In this document: positions 48,909 to 58,272 of the stretch, piece by piece
How the letters are laid out: every line of letters starts with the position of its first letter
How positions within the stretch are numbered: the first letter of the stretch is position 1
Assembly (NCBI GenBank): GCA_041641295.1
Contig: JBEPYO010000001.1
Location: 544,001 to 608,000 of the forward strand
Reading direction: 5' to 3'
Length of the DNA: 64,000 nucleotides
From: Nitrososphaerota archaeon
Lineage (GTDB): Archaea > Thermoproteota > Nitrososphaeria_A > Caldarchaeales > Calditenuaceae
The notes under the pieces: model-generated
What the model was told of the DNA's origin: nothing
Database searches by the model: none
What the model saw: only the letters and a program-made list of their open reading frames with translations
Position numbers and translations under genes: made by a program

Positions 48909-49940
48909 ATGCATCAAACACCCAAAGTAGCTTTAATAGTGCTAAACCACAACTCCGTATCAAAGCTTGGCAGAGAAATGCTCAGATATGTTGAGAGCAT
49001 AGCCAAAACACAATACCGCAACCTAGAGATAATAATTATAGATAACGCCTCCACCGACGGCAGCTACAACATAATCCAAGACTGGGTCAAAAACTATCCC
49101 CACACAAGACTATTGAAACTAGACAGGAACCTAGGCTATGCAGGTGGAAATAACACAGGATTCAGAACAGCCGTAAAAGATGCAAAATATGTCGCATTCC
49201 TTAATAACGACATAGAAGTTGAACAGGACTGGCTAGAAAAAATAATAGAAGTAATGGAGTCCGATAGAAGCATCGCCGCAGCCCAGCCAAAAATACTCCA
49301 ACTAAAAAATAAACAACTCATCGACTCACTTGGAGGATTCGTAGACAGACTCGGCAGAGCATACGACCTCGGCCACGGAATGCCAGACATGGACCAACAT
49401 GAAAAACCCTTTGAAGTATTCTACGCACGCGGGGCAGCGATAGTTGTCCGCGCAGAATTGTTCAGGATGGTCGGCGGGTTTGACGAGGACTACTTCATCT
49501 ACTACGAGGAAACAGATCTCTGCTGGAGGCTAAGACTCCTAGGCTACAAGATAGTTACAGTCCCAACCGCAAGGATATATCACCTTGGGGGTGGTACAAC
49601 AGGCGGAGCAACACCCCACACTATATACCTCAGGAGACGTAACCAACTCGCCACTATACTGAAAAACTACAACTTATTTAACGCCATGAGATTCGGCGCC
49701 ACCGTAATACTACTATATTCGGTATTCGCAATATCTCGCCTTACGATTAGAAGAGATAGCAGGGTAGCCGCCGCAGTACTAAAATCTTTAATCTGGAACA
49801 TAAAAAATCTGAAAAGAGTCTTCGCGAAACGAGCTATAATACAAGCAATACGCCGAGTCCCTGAAAAAGACATCCTAAAACACATGCTCACCGTGCAACA
49901 ATACAATTCAATTGCAAAGCATCTCGTGAAAGAGTACTAG
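48909..49940 (+). CDS. Glycosyltransferase family 2 (rhamnosyltransferase-like)
   Basis: DNASTDGS, NLGYAGGNN, FLNND, FIYYEETDLCWR. Confidence 0.9.
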   Translation: MHQTPKVALIVLNHNSVSKLGREMLRYVESIAKTQYRNLEIIIIDNASTDGSYNIIQDWVKNYPHTRLLKLDRNLGYAGGNNTGFRTAVKDAKYVAFLNNDIEVEQDWLEKIIEVMESDRSIAAAQPKILQLKNKQLIDSLGGFVDRLGRAYDLGHGMPDMDQHEKPFEVFYARGAAIVVRAELFRMVGGFDEDYFIYYEETDLCWRLRLLGYKIVTVPTARIYHLGGGTTGGATPHTIYLRRRNQLATILKNYNLFNAMRFGATVILLYSVFAISRLTIRRDSRVAAAVLKSLIWNIKNLKRVFAKRAIIQAIRRVPEKDILKHMLTVQQYNSIAKHLVKEY

Positions 49941-50878
49941 GATTTGAGCAGCTCGTAGAGCATTCCGGCTGTTCTGACGGCCTGTCTTAACACCTCTATC
50001 GCAGGGAGAACAATCTTGTCCACCAATCCAATACTGTCGAGCGTTCCATATCTTAAGAGATAGTGCAGATAAATTAAAAGTTGTAGCGGCGGTACAAGCA
50101 GGGCTGAGGTAAGCACAATATTCTTGAAGGTCCATAGTGGGGACATGTCAGGATGCTTCTCAGCTATATGGACGTAGCTTCTGCCATACCTGAAGTTGAG
50201 CTTCCAAAACCTAGCCCGCTCTAAATGTAACACCTCTACCGGCAGGTATGAGAGCCGATACCCGGCCTTACGGAGTCTAAAACTTATGTCACTATCTTCC
50301 TTAGCCAGTTTGAAGTAGGGGTCAAACCCACCCACCTGTTCCAGTGCATCTCTCCTAAACATAGTGCAAGCTGTATGTAACGCTATGGCAGGATGCGGAT
50401 AACAAGGGTCTGATAAATGGAGATAAATCGCCAGATTCTTCGCTTGAAAACGGGCAAGCCAGCCTTGCTCCTGCACCACCGGTCTGAGTTTCGCAGAAAC
50501 AGCGCCTAATCCTTGATCAGACTCCAACACCTTTATAGCCTCGGTCACAAAAAGTGGTTCTAAAACCACATCGCTGTCCAACATAACAATATATGGACTA
50601 GTGGTCGCTCTCCATCCTTTGTCCCTTGCAAATCCAAGCCCCCGTCTTTCATCGTCAAGGATCTTAATTACGAGCCTCTCGCTGAAACGCTTAATAACCT
50701 CTAATGTCCCATCAGTCGACCCACCATCCACAACGACAACCTCTCCAACAGGCTCCGATACACGGGTGATAGCCTCAATACACCTCTCAATCGTTCTTAC
50801 AGAATTTTTCGTCAAGATCACAAACGAAACACTAGCCATCACATAGTCAAGAATCTGTGGATATATTAAATTCTTCAT
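49937..50878 (-). CDS. Glycosyltransferase family 2 (start probably at MASVSFV)
   Basis: VDGGSTDGT, LDSD, GGFD, EDSD. Confidence 0.88.
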   Translation of the reverse strand: MKNLIYPQILDYVMASVSFVILTKNSVRTIERCIEAITRVSEPVGEVVVVDGGSTDGTLEVIKRFSERLVIKILDDERRGLGFARDKGWRATTSPYIVMLDSDVVLEPLFVTEAIKVLESDQGLGAVSAKLRPVVQEQGWLARFQAKNLAIYLHLSDPCYPHPAIALHTACTMFRRDALEQVGGFDPYFKLAKEDSDISFRLRKAGYRLSYLPVEVLHLERARFWKLNFRYGRSYVHIAEKHPDMSPLWTFKNIVLTSALLVPPLQLLIYLHYLLRYGTLDSIGLVDKIVLPAIEVLRQAVRTAGMLYELLKS

Positions 50879-50953
50879 ATGTAGGCGTATCGACTTCCGA
50901 GACGCATTAGTTTCTGTCTTACACAGAGTCGTAGCCAGAGATTTTCCTGCGCT

Positions 50954-51796
50954 TTATGCTGTTTTTCTTGTTATGTCTGTTTTGGTTAGTCTTACGAGTG
51001 TGATTGCTAGGAGTGCTGCGGTGTACAGTGTGATGTTTACGGCGAGTGTGAGGGTTTCTGCTGGTTGTGTGGAGCCGGTTAGTAGGGGGATTTGTACGCC
51101 CTGTAGTCCGAGGCTTGAGGAGATTACTGTGGCGGTCATCCTTGAGGCGGCCCATGATGGCAGGTATTCGGCGATGGCTGTTAGGGATTGGTTGTTCGTG
51201 ATCGCTCCGACGAATCCTAGGTAGGTCTCCGCGATGAGGGAGGTGAAGTAGGCGGTGGCTGCTAGGATTGTGGCCAGCATGCTCCGCCTCAATAGCTCTC
51301 CAGCTGCCAGTCCTATTGAGAGGAAGGTTAGGGCTGAGAAGGCTGAGGCGAGGGCTGCTGTGGGGAGGAGGTCGAGCCTGGCCTGGGGGCCGAAGATCCA
51401 CCAGGAGAGGGCTAGGCTTAGTGTGGTGTAGGTCGCGACTATGGCCGTTGTGAAGGCTAGGCTTCCGAGGACTTTGCCTGCGAAGTATTCTATTCGGGTG
51501 ATGGGCCGGGTGAGCCAGAAGTCCGCCGTCCCCATCTCATACTCCTCCGAGAAGGCTGCTGCGCCGATGGTAAGTGCGAGGATGTGTATCAGGATGGTTG
51601 AGGGGACTATTAGCCCGATTATCCAGGCGTAGGGTTTGAAGGGCTGGATAAATGTGGTGGGGAGTAGTGTGAGTATGAGGTAGAGTGCGGCCTCGGCTAG
51701 GAAGATGAGGGCGATTAGGAGGATTATCCTCTTCCGCGCTATCGCCCTTCTCAGTTCGTATAGTATGAGAGTAGAGAGTGCTTTAGGGCTTAGCAC
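50954..51796 (-). CDS. ABC-2 type exporter permease
   Basis: EEYEMGTADFWLTRPITRIEYFAGK; about 6 TM. Confidence 0.9.
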   Translation of the reverse strand: MLSPKALSTLILYELRRAIARKRIILLIALIFLAEAALYLILTLLPTTFIQPFKPYAWIIGLIVPSTILIHILALTIGAAAFSEEYEMGTADFWLTRPITRIEYFAGKVLGSLAFTTAIVATYTTLSLALSWWIFGPQARLDLLPTAALASAFSALTFLSIGLAAGELLRRSMLATILAATAYFTSLIAETYLGFVGAITNNQSLTAIAEYLPSWAASRMTATVISSSLGLQGVQIPLLTGSTQPAETLTLAVNITLYTAALLAITLVRLTKTDITRKTA

Positions 51797-52724
51797 CTTT
51801 CTGGACCACCTCCATGAAGAGATCCTCCAGCGTCTTGTTGATGATGCGTAGGCCGATCAGCCCCGCACCAGATTTCACCAGCTCCTCCGCAAGCCTCTCA
51901 CGCCCATCCACCCCCTCCGCGAAATGGACCCGTAGTCTTGAGCCGTCAAGCTCAAGGCTCTGAACCCCTTCGATTCCCTTTATCAGGGAGGTTGGCACTA
52001 GGCTTGGCCGCAGAACTTCAGCCTCAACAATCATACCCAACGTGTTTTGTGAGAGAAGCTCCTGTACCCAGCCCTCAACCATAACCCTGCCTTGGTATAT
52101 CATGCCGACAATATCGGCGACCCTCTCCAGCTCGTAGAGCTCGTGGGAGGAGAAGAGTATTGTCTTACCGCTCCTCTTAAGGTCTAGAAGTATCTCGCGG
52201 ATCTGGACCCGCGCCGCAGGATCAACACCAAGCATCGGCTCGTCGAGTATGAGTATCTCTGGATCGCCCATGATCGCCTGGGCCACTGCAAGCCTCTGCA
52301 GCATTCCCTTACTGTAGCCGCCCACGCTTCTATCCGCGTGTGAGACTAGGCCGGAGAGGTCGAGTACCCTGGCGATTTCGCGGAGGAGCTCTTCGCCTGA
52401 GAGGCCCTTGAGCCTCCCTGTTATCTTGAGTATGTCTCTGGCGGTGAGGAATGGTGGGAATGAGGGGAGTTCCTGCGAGTAGCCTGTGATCTGCATCAGC
52501 TCTTTGGCCTCGGACGCCGGGTCTAGGCCTGCGACCCTTATCATGCCGCTGGTGGGCCTCTGGAGGCCGAGCATGCATCTGATCGTGGTTGTTTTGCCGG
52601 AGCCGTTCGGCCCAACTAAGCCGTAGATTACTCCGCGTGGGGTTTTGAGGGAGATAGGCCCCACAACTACTCCATCCCTATACCTTTTGACTAGCTCCTT
52701 GACCTCGATGAGCCATTCCGACAA
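51783..52724 (-). CDS. ABC-2 type exporter ATPase
   Basis: GPNGSGKTT, YSKGMLQR, LDEP, SSH. Confidence 0.93.
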   Translation of the reverse strand: MSEWLIEVKELVKRYRDGVVVGPISLKTPRGVIYGLVGPNGSGKTTTIRCMLGLQRPTSGMIRVAGLDPASEAKELMQITGYSQELPSFPPFLTARDILKITGRLKGLSGEELLREIARVLDLSGLVSHADRSVGGYSKGMLQRLAVAQAIMGDPEILILDEPMLGVDPAARVQIREILLDLKRSGKTILFSSHELYELERVADIVGMIYQGRVMVEGWVQELLSQNTLGMIVEAEVLRPSLVPTSLIKGIEGVQSLELDGSRLRVHFAEGVDGRERLAEELVKSGAGLIGLRIINKTLEDLFMEVVQKGAKP

Positions 52725-52744
52725 GCCGATATCCTCTCCAGCCC

Positions 52745-53677
52745 CTAGACGTAGTGGGGCTTCCTCGCCAGACCCTCCACCCGCTCCGCCCTTCTCCGGT
52801 GCCTCAGTGGAACAACAGCTACAACCGCCAGCGCCGCGAGGCCAACCGCAAAAACTACTAGGGCCCTCCCCCAGTAGTCATCCGCCGCTTGGGCGGCCTT
52901 TACCTCCCTGTCTGTACCGTATAGTGAGGCCTGGAGTCCGAGACCGTCGCCGGGTAGAGACAGCATCGCGGGCGCAAGCTCCGCTAATGATGTAGATGAA
53001 TAGCTTATGGGATTCGCTAGGAGGTCCAAGTTAGTATCTAATAGGCTTATGACGAATCCGACTGAGTGACCACTGGAGACCGTGACCTGTCCTTCCGCAC
53101 TGTATAGTATGTTTGAGCCGTTAATCAGGGTTATGACGCCTGAAAACTCCGTTTCCGTTCTCTGAACCTCACCTGTGGCTCGGTCTCTATGTGTAATGGT
53201 TGCGGCCCCCGTGATGCTGTAAATGTTAGCAAGGTAGGTCCGGCCACCGACTGAGACTTGGGCCGAGCCTATCCGCGTTGAGCTTACGGTGATGGAGTAG
53301 TTGGAGCTGCTGTATGTGAACTGGCCCTCGAAGAGGTGGGGCAGGCGGGGGATTATGAAGAATTTCTCAGGTACATTCTTCTCGAGGGTTGCGACCCCGT
53401 CGTTGAATGTCGCCTCCACTCTCAGCCTGATTGTGCCGTTTCCATAATCTCTAACAACTTCTTCGCGTACAACACCCCTCACAGACCTGTCACCATAGTC
53501 TACTGAGTAGCTGTAGGCGATGTAGGAGCCCTCACCTACCGATGATGCGAAGACAAGGCCCGGAGCTAGGCTGAGGATGAGAAGCACACCTAAAAGGGCT
53601 AGCGAAGCCCTGCCCATACAACTAGTAAACACCTCGACATTATTAAGCCTTGGCCATATACAATGCGCTACCATCAA
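52745..53677 (-). CDS. Secreted, C-terminally anchored protein of unknown function
   Basis: Signal-like MGRASLALLGVLL (start probably ~53617); beta-rich body; TM plus basic tail; upstream of the ABC-2 genes. Confidence 0.7.
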   Translation of the reverse strand: MMVAHCIWPRLNNVEVFTSCMGRASLALLGVLLILSLAPGLVFASSVGEGSYIAYSYSVDYGDRSVRGVVREEVVRDYGNGTIRLRVEATFNDGVATLEKNVPEKFFIIPRLPHLFEGQFTYSSSNYSITVSSTRIGSAQVSVGGRTYLANIYSITGAATITHRDRATGEVQRTETEFSGVITLINGSNILYSAEGQVTVSSGHSVGFVISLLDTNLDLLANPISYSSTSLAELAPAMLSLPGDGLGLQASLYGTDREVKAAQAADDYWGRALVVFAVGLAALAVVAVVPLRHRRRAERVEGLARKPHYV

Positions 53678-53707
53678 GGAAGTATGGTGGAAATTGAGCT
53701 ATCCAAC

Positions 53708-54571
53708 TCAGGGCTGGCCCTGAAAGACTACACCCTCCCCCCGGTCTATAATCTCTACATGGACTTCAGATGAGGCCCGTCTCCCTAGCCCGAGTTTCTT
53801 CTTGATGGTTTTTAAGAGGCTGCGGTCGATCTCGTAGCCTATGCTATTGCGCCCCAGGCTTAGGGCTACCTTAGACGTGGTGCCTGTGCCGAGGAACGGG
53901 TCTAAGACCGTGTCCCCTATTATGGAGAACATCCTGATGAGCTTGTAGGGGATTGATTCGGGGAAGGCGGCGGCCCTCCTCTCAACACCCCTGAGACTCT
54001 GCCTCGCCCCAGCATCTGTCCATATCTGGGTGAACCAGCTGTCCCTCTCCTGCTTCGTGAACCTGCTCGCATACCTCAGACTGTCTCGGGGCTTAAACTT
54101 TCTCAGCCCGCCCTTCCTGAATATGAGTATGAATTCGCAGTCGAGCGTGACGTATGCGTTGGGTGGGAGAAAGCCTGAGCCGAGGAAGACCCCCTTCCCC
54201 TTGTACTTGGGCTTCGTGGTCGGCTTTTTCCATAGGATGTAGGGGAGCGTCTTGAAGCCTATCCTCTCGCAGTGCTCAATCACCCTCGCGTGGTTTGGGT
54301 ATATCTTAAACTCGCCGTCAACGGTCCTAGCGGCGTCGCCGATGTTTATGCACGCTATCCCACCGTTTACTAGTACGCGATAGCACTCCCTCCACACTTC
54401 TGCAAGATACTCATGCATCTCATCATAGCTCCTACACCCAACTCTGCTGAAGAATGAATCCCACATCTCGATCATGGGATATGGAGGCGAAGTCACGACC
54501 AGGTGGACACTCTCGTCTCCCACCTCCCGCATACTCCTACTGTCGCCGATTACTATCTTATGCCAGGTCAT
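53708..54571 (-). CDS. Beta-class N4-cytosine DNA methyltransferase, probably CTAG-specific (M.MthZI/M.MjaI-like)
   Basis: TSPPY precedes DPFLGTGTT; GSGFLPPNAYVTLDCEFILIFRK. Confidence 0.85.
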   Translation of the reverse strand: MTWHKIVIGDSRSMREVGDESVHLVVTSPPYPMIEMWDSFFSRVGCRSYDEMHEYLAEVWRECYRVLVNGGIACINIGDAARTVDGEFKIYPNHARVIEHCERIGFKTLPYILWKKPTTKPKYKGKGVFLGSGFLPPNAYVTLDCEFILIFRKGGLRKFKPRDSLRYASRFTKQERDSWFTQIWTDAGARQSLRGVERRAAAFPESIPYKLIRMFSIIGDTVLDPFLGTGTTSKVALSLGRNSIGYEIDRSLLKTIKKKLGLGRRASSEVHVEIIDRGEGVVFQGQP

Positions 54572-54914
54572 CCCACCCTCGTATCATACGTTGATGCCCA
54601 ACTTTGAAATATATGGGTTGGCCGGCCGGTGGACGTATAATTTTTAGCACTCCTGTATTATCGACCATCAATCCGCGAATATTTTATACGGCTGGCCTAC
54701 TGGTGCCCAGATAGGCGGAATGGCTCGCGGCTAATCACCGATAGCTTATCAACGCGATAGAGGAATTCTGTAAGAGCGTCCCTTTTACTAGAGCTTTCCC
54801 AGCCCATATCCACCCTAATTAGACATGTGGCCTACCCATAAATGGCGTGAAAGGCGTTTTTGTGTTGATGTGGCAGACATTTATACTTCTCAGCGAAACC
54901 ACAGAAGAAATAAA

Positions 54915-55535
54915 ATGCCTGAAAAATGGAGTTACACAGGAGATTGGGTAACATCCTGCAACTGCGACTGGGGTTGTCCATGCAACTTCAACTCCATGCC
55001 GACGAAGGGTCATTGTGAGGGGGTCGTGGCTTTAAAAATCAAGGAGGGTAATTATGGTAAGACGAGCCTAAACGGCGTCAACGTCGTAATTGCTGTCTGG
55101 TGGCCAGGTGCAATCCATCAAGGCAACGGTGTGGCACAGATCTATATCGATGATAAGGCGTCAAAGGATCAAGAGAAAGCAATTCTAGAGATTTTGTCCG
55201 GCAATGCAGGTGGAAAACCGTGGTCGATTCTGGCAAAGACCTTTTCCACTCTACTACCGCCTAAGCGCGCCCCGATCCAGATGGAGGTTAGGGGAAAGGA
55301 CACCGTGTTAAGGGTAGACAACCACGTGGATGTACAAGCAGAGCCGATGCGCAACCCAGTAACTAAAGATGAGGCTTATGCAGATGTAGTGATTCACACA
55401 TACTTAATCTTCAATAAGGGCTCTCTATTCTCTAATAAGATACACACAGTTAAAGAGTCCTCACACCCAAAGCTCAACTTCTCTCACCCAGGACAATACC
55501 TCGCAGTTGCAGAAGTGCGGCACCAAGGACCGTAA
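54915..55535 (+). CDS. DUF1326 family Cys-rich protein
   Basis: W...GDWVTSCNCDWGCPC...PTKGHCEG, PGAIHQGNG; ATG at 54915. Confidence 0.85.
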   Translation: MPEKWSYTGDWVTSCNCDWGCPCNFNSMPTKGHCEGVVALKIKEGNYGKTSLNGVNVVIAVWWPGAIHQGNGVAQIYIDDKASKDQEKAILEILSGNAGGKPWSILAKTFSTLLPPKRAPIQMEVRGKDTVLRVDNHVDVQAEPMRNPVTKDEAYADVVIHTYLIFNKGSLFSNKIHTVKESSHPKLNFSHPGQYLAVAEVRHQGP

Positions 55536-55611
55536 GACGGTACTACTCTCTCGTTTTTTACTCTTCTTAAACGGTAGTGCAGCATCTTTTAAGCGCGTTA
55601 ATGTTCCGGCC

Positions 55612-56427
55612 TTAACCAAGGCCTAGGGCGCGCATCCCCCACTCGGGGAGAAATATGAATGAAGCGCCTAAGGCGATGAATAAAGCACCAATTACATACG
55701 AGGCCCTTAACCCGTGAGGCAGTGTCCTCTCAGCGAAGATGATGAGGGTGAGCAGGGCCATCCAAGGAAGTGATGCTACGCCGACGGCGAATAAAACCAA
55801 GAATAGGGCCCAACAGCAGCCTATGCAGTAGGCCGCGTGGTAGAATCCGAGGTATGCTGCTCCGGACACCCCAGCCCGCCACCTGAGGAATAGAAAGGAA
55901 AATGGTGAATGGCAGGCTGTTAGGCAGACATTCTTAAGAGGAGTGCACTGATAGACACCCGCCACAATCAAGGCGCCACCCGCCACTATCGGCTGCAAAG
56001 TTCCGATGCTGACGCCCCCAACCACGCCCCCTGACAGAAGTAGATAGAGTCCTCCCACGCCTAGACCGAATAGAGTCCAGACCACTAGATACGAGCTGAG
56101 GAACGTGGCGGCCTGTGCTGAGATCCATTTACTCCCCCTAGCTTTCTCGACACTCAGGTTCACGTAGGCCTGTGCCATAGGCGTAGCAGCTGGAAGCATC
56201 ATGGCAACCATCATGACCACCCAACTCAGCAAGAAGAAGCCCAAACTCTCAGGGCCACTCATTGTCGCCATCATAGGAGACTTCATGTGCAGGTCAGAAA
56301 ACAGAAGAGCCGCCCACGCAACCCCAGCAATAGCCGCCATAACCCCTAAGAGAATTATCACAAAACGCCCACCATGACCCCAGAAGACAGAAGCCGTAGA
56401 ACCTGCCAAAAAATAACTCATGACCAA
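55612..56427 (-). CDS. DUF2182 family putative metal-binding membrane protein
   Basis: WVVMMVAMMLPA, YQCTPLKNVCLTACHSP, YCIGCCWAL. Confidence 0.88.
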   Translation of the reverse strand: MVMSYFLAGSTASVFWGHGGRFVIILLGVMAAIAGVAWAALLFSDLHMKSPMMATMSGPESLGFFLLSWVVMMVAMMLPAATPMAQAYVNLSVEKARGSKWISAQAATFLSSYLVVWTLFGLGVGGLYLLLSGGVVGGVSIGTLQPIVAGGALIVAGVYQCTPLKNVCLTACHSPFSFLFLRWRAGVSGAAYLGFYHAAYCIGCCWALFLVLFAVGVASLPWMALLTLIIFAERTLPHGLRASYVIGALFIALGASFIFLPEWGMRALGLG

Positions 56428-56683
56428 CCTCTAAGCCTGCTGTTAATTTAAAGCTTTTCGGAAAACGTTTCTTTGTTGTAGATTGGGCGTTTGTGAACGG
56501 GTAGAGGACAGTGTTGCTGATCGTTATTTTATGCTATGTTCATTATACTCGCAGTCTAAATTATGGGGGAGGGTTCAGGCCAGCATCCTCCCATGGCTGA
56601 GGCTTGCTATCCTTAACTCTACTTAATAGATTGATAAAAAGTCTATGGTGGAAAAATGGGAGGAAGGAAGGGTGTGTCCGCCA

Positions 56684-56878
56684 TCAGACTCTATTAAGAA
56701 GAGCCTTTAACACTTCGACTGGACTGTCGTATCGGCCTTCAGGCAGATTTTTGGAGATCCATTCCCTATCCTCGGGGAGGTCCTCCATTGCGTTGCACGC
56801 TGCCACCACTTCGCTTCGGCTAGCAGGATATTTTATGTGATGTTTCACATGTTCAAGTTGTTCCCGCAGTGTTGCCAT
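56684..56878 (-). CDS. Small protein, DUF2795-like
   Basis: HIKYPASRSEVV...LPEGRYDSPVEVLKAL. Confidence 0.65.
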   Translation of the reverse strand: MATLREQLEHVKHHIKYPASRSEVVAACNAMEDLPEDREWISKNLPEGRYDSPVEVLKALLNRV

Positions 56879-56962
56879 GAATGTTAACCCATTCTGTAAT
56901 ATTTAATTATGGTACCACAGGCTGAAAGTTGGTATAACCATAGTTCTTATATGTGATGGTTT

Positions 56963-57034
56963 TGGACCGGGCGGGATTCGAACCCGCGGCCTCCCGCACG
57001 CCAAGCGGGCGATCTACCACTGATCTACCGGCCC
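56963..57034 (-). tRNA. tRNA-Ala(GGC)
   Basis: Reverse complement GGGCCGGTAGATCAGTGG...CCCGC-TTGGCGT-GCGGG...GTTCGAATC...GGTCCA; G3:U70 pair. Confidence 0.96.
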
Positions 57035-57060
57035 GTATCCTTGTTGTGCTCTGGTGGAAT

Positions 57061-57885
57061 TTAAGCCTGTCTGGTTTTTCTGGCTTCTATTTCTCTCCGA
57101 GTGTTTTTCACAATCTCTGAAGTGGCTCTGTATAGTATTGCTACGTCTACTGAGTAGGCGAGGTATTGTATGCCCTTTGCAGCCCATTCTGCTGCGACTT
57201 GAGGCGACTCGATGAAGGTGCCTGCCGCGACCCCTCTCTTTCTTGCCTCTGTTACCGCTTTCTCGATGAGGCTGGTAACTTCCGGGCTTCTCACTTGGCC
57301 TGGTATGCCGAGGGATTGGGATAAGTCGTAGGGCCCTAGGAAGACTACATCTACTCCACCCCTCTCTAGAATCTCTGGGAGCCTCTTGACACCTTCAGCA
57401 CTCTCTATGTGTATGATGACTGCCACTTCCCTGTTGGAGACTTGGACATGCTCCTTCGGATCTCTGGCACCATACCTCCCAGCCCTAGTGTAGGGCGAGA
57501 ACCCCCTCATACCCTCGGGATAATAATGTGCAGCCTCAACCACCTTCTTCGCGGTCTCTGGGTCATCGACATGAGGCACTTGGATGCCGTGGGCCCCACA
57601 CTCTAGGGCCCTCAAGATGTATGTCTCCTCACTCGATGGCGTCCGGATGATGGGTGTAATCCCAACGGCCTCGGCTGCTCGGACAAGCTCTTCAGCATCC
57701 GCGAAGCTGAATGGGCCGTGCTCCATGTCGATGATTACGAAATCCAGCCCAGCCTCCCCCAGAATCTCTACAACATCCCCTGAGTTAAGGTAGACGAAGG
57801 TCCCTAAGACAGTCTCACCGGCCCTGAGATGCTCCAAAAACCCCTTATCCGCGACCATCCCTAAACCACAAGTCCCAACAAGCAC
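57061..57885 (-). CDS. HpcH/HpaI family aldolase
   Basis: DFVIIDMEHG, YYPEGMRG, HIESAEG, FLGPYDLSQSLG. Confidence 0.9.
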   Translation of the reverse strand: MLVGTCGLGMVADKGFLEHLRAGETVLGTFVYLNSGDVVEILGEAGLDFVIIDMEHGPFSFADAEELVRAAEAVGITPIIRTPSSEETYILRALECGAHGIQVPHVDDPETAKKVVEAAHYYPEGMRGFSPYTRAGRYGARDPKEHVQVSNREVAVIIHIESAEGVKRLPEILERGGVDVVFLGPYDLSQSLGIPGQVRSPEVTSLIEKAVTEARKRGVAAGTFIESPQVAAEWAAKGIQYLAYSVDVAILYRATSEIVKNTRREIEARKTRQA

Positions 57886-57973
57886 AAGGCCACAATTTAA
57901 CCCACCTCTCCCAAGTAAGGACGAGGATACGCGGTGGCGAGAAGCTAAATAACCCGACAGAGCAGGGCAAATT

Positions 57974-58048
57974 GGGCCCGTAGCTCAGCTTGGATAGAGC
58001 GCTGGCCTTCGGAGCCAGAGGCCGAGGGTTCGAATCCCTCCGGGCCCG
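57974..58048 (+). tRNA. tRNA-Arg(TCG)
   Basis: Cloverleaf with anticodon arm CTGGC-CTTCGGA-GCCAG. Confidence 0.96.
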
Positions 58049-58142
58049 TTTTCACATGGTGAGTGGGGCAGAAGAATTTAGAGTGCATTCTGACTTGCAG
58101 TTGGAGTGCAACCGATAGACCCTATGAATTCGGTTTAGAGTT

Positions 58143-58218
58143 TGGGGCCGGTGGGATTTGAACCCACGACCTCCTGGGCCCAAGCCAGGCATCTTAGACC
58201 ATGCTCGACCACGGCCCC
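58143..58218 (-). tRNA. tRNA-Pro(TGG)
   Basis: Reverse complement GGGGCCGTGG...CCTGG-CTTGGGC-CCAGG...GTTCAAATC...GGCCCCA. Confidence 0.95.
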
Positions 58219-58272
58219 AGGTTTTGAAGTGGAATCTTCGCAGATAAATATGTGGTGTTTTAGGCCCTCTAA

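Noticed and set aside
54572-56962. Integrated virus or plasmid at tRNA-Ala
   Set aside because: No integrase and no duplicated tRNA 3' end found by eye; kept only as an islet.
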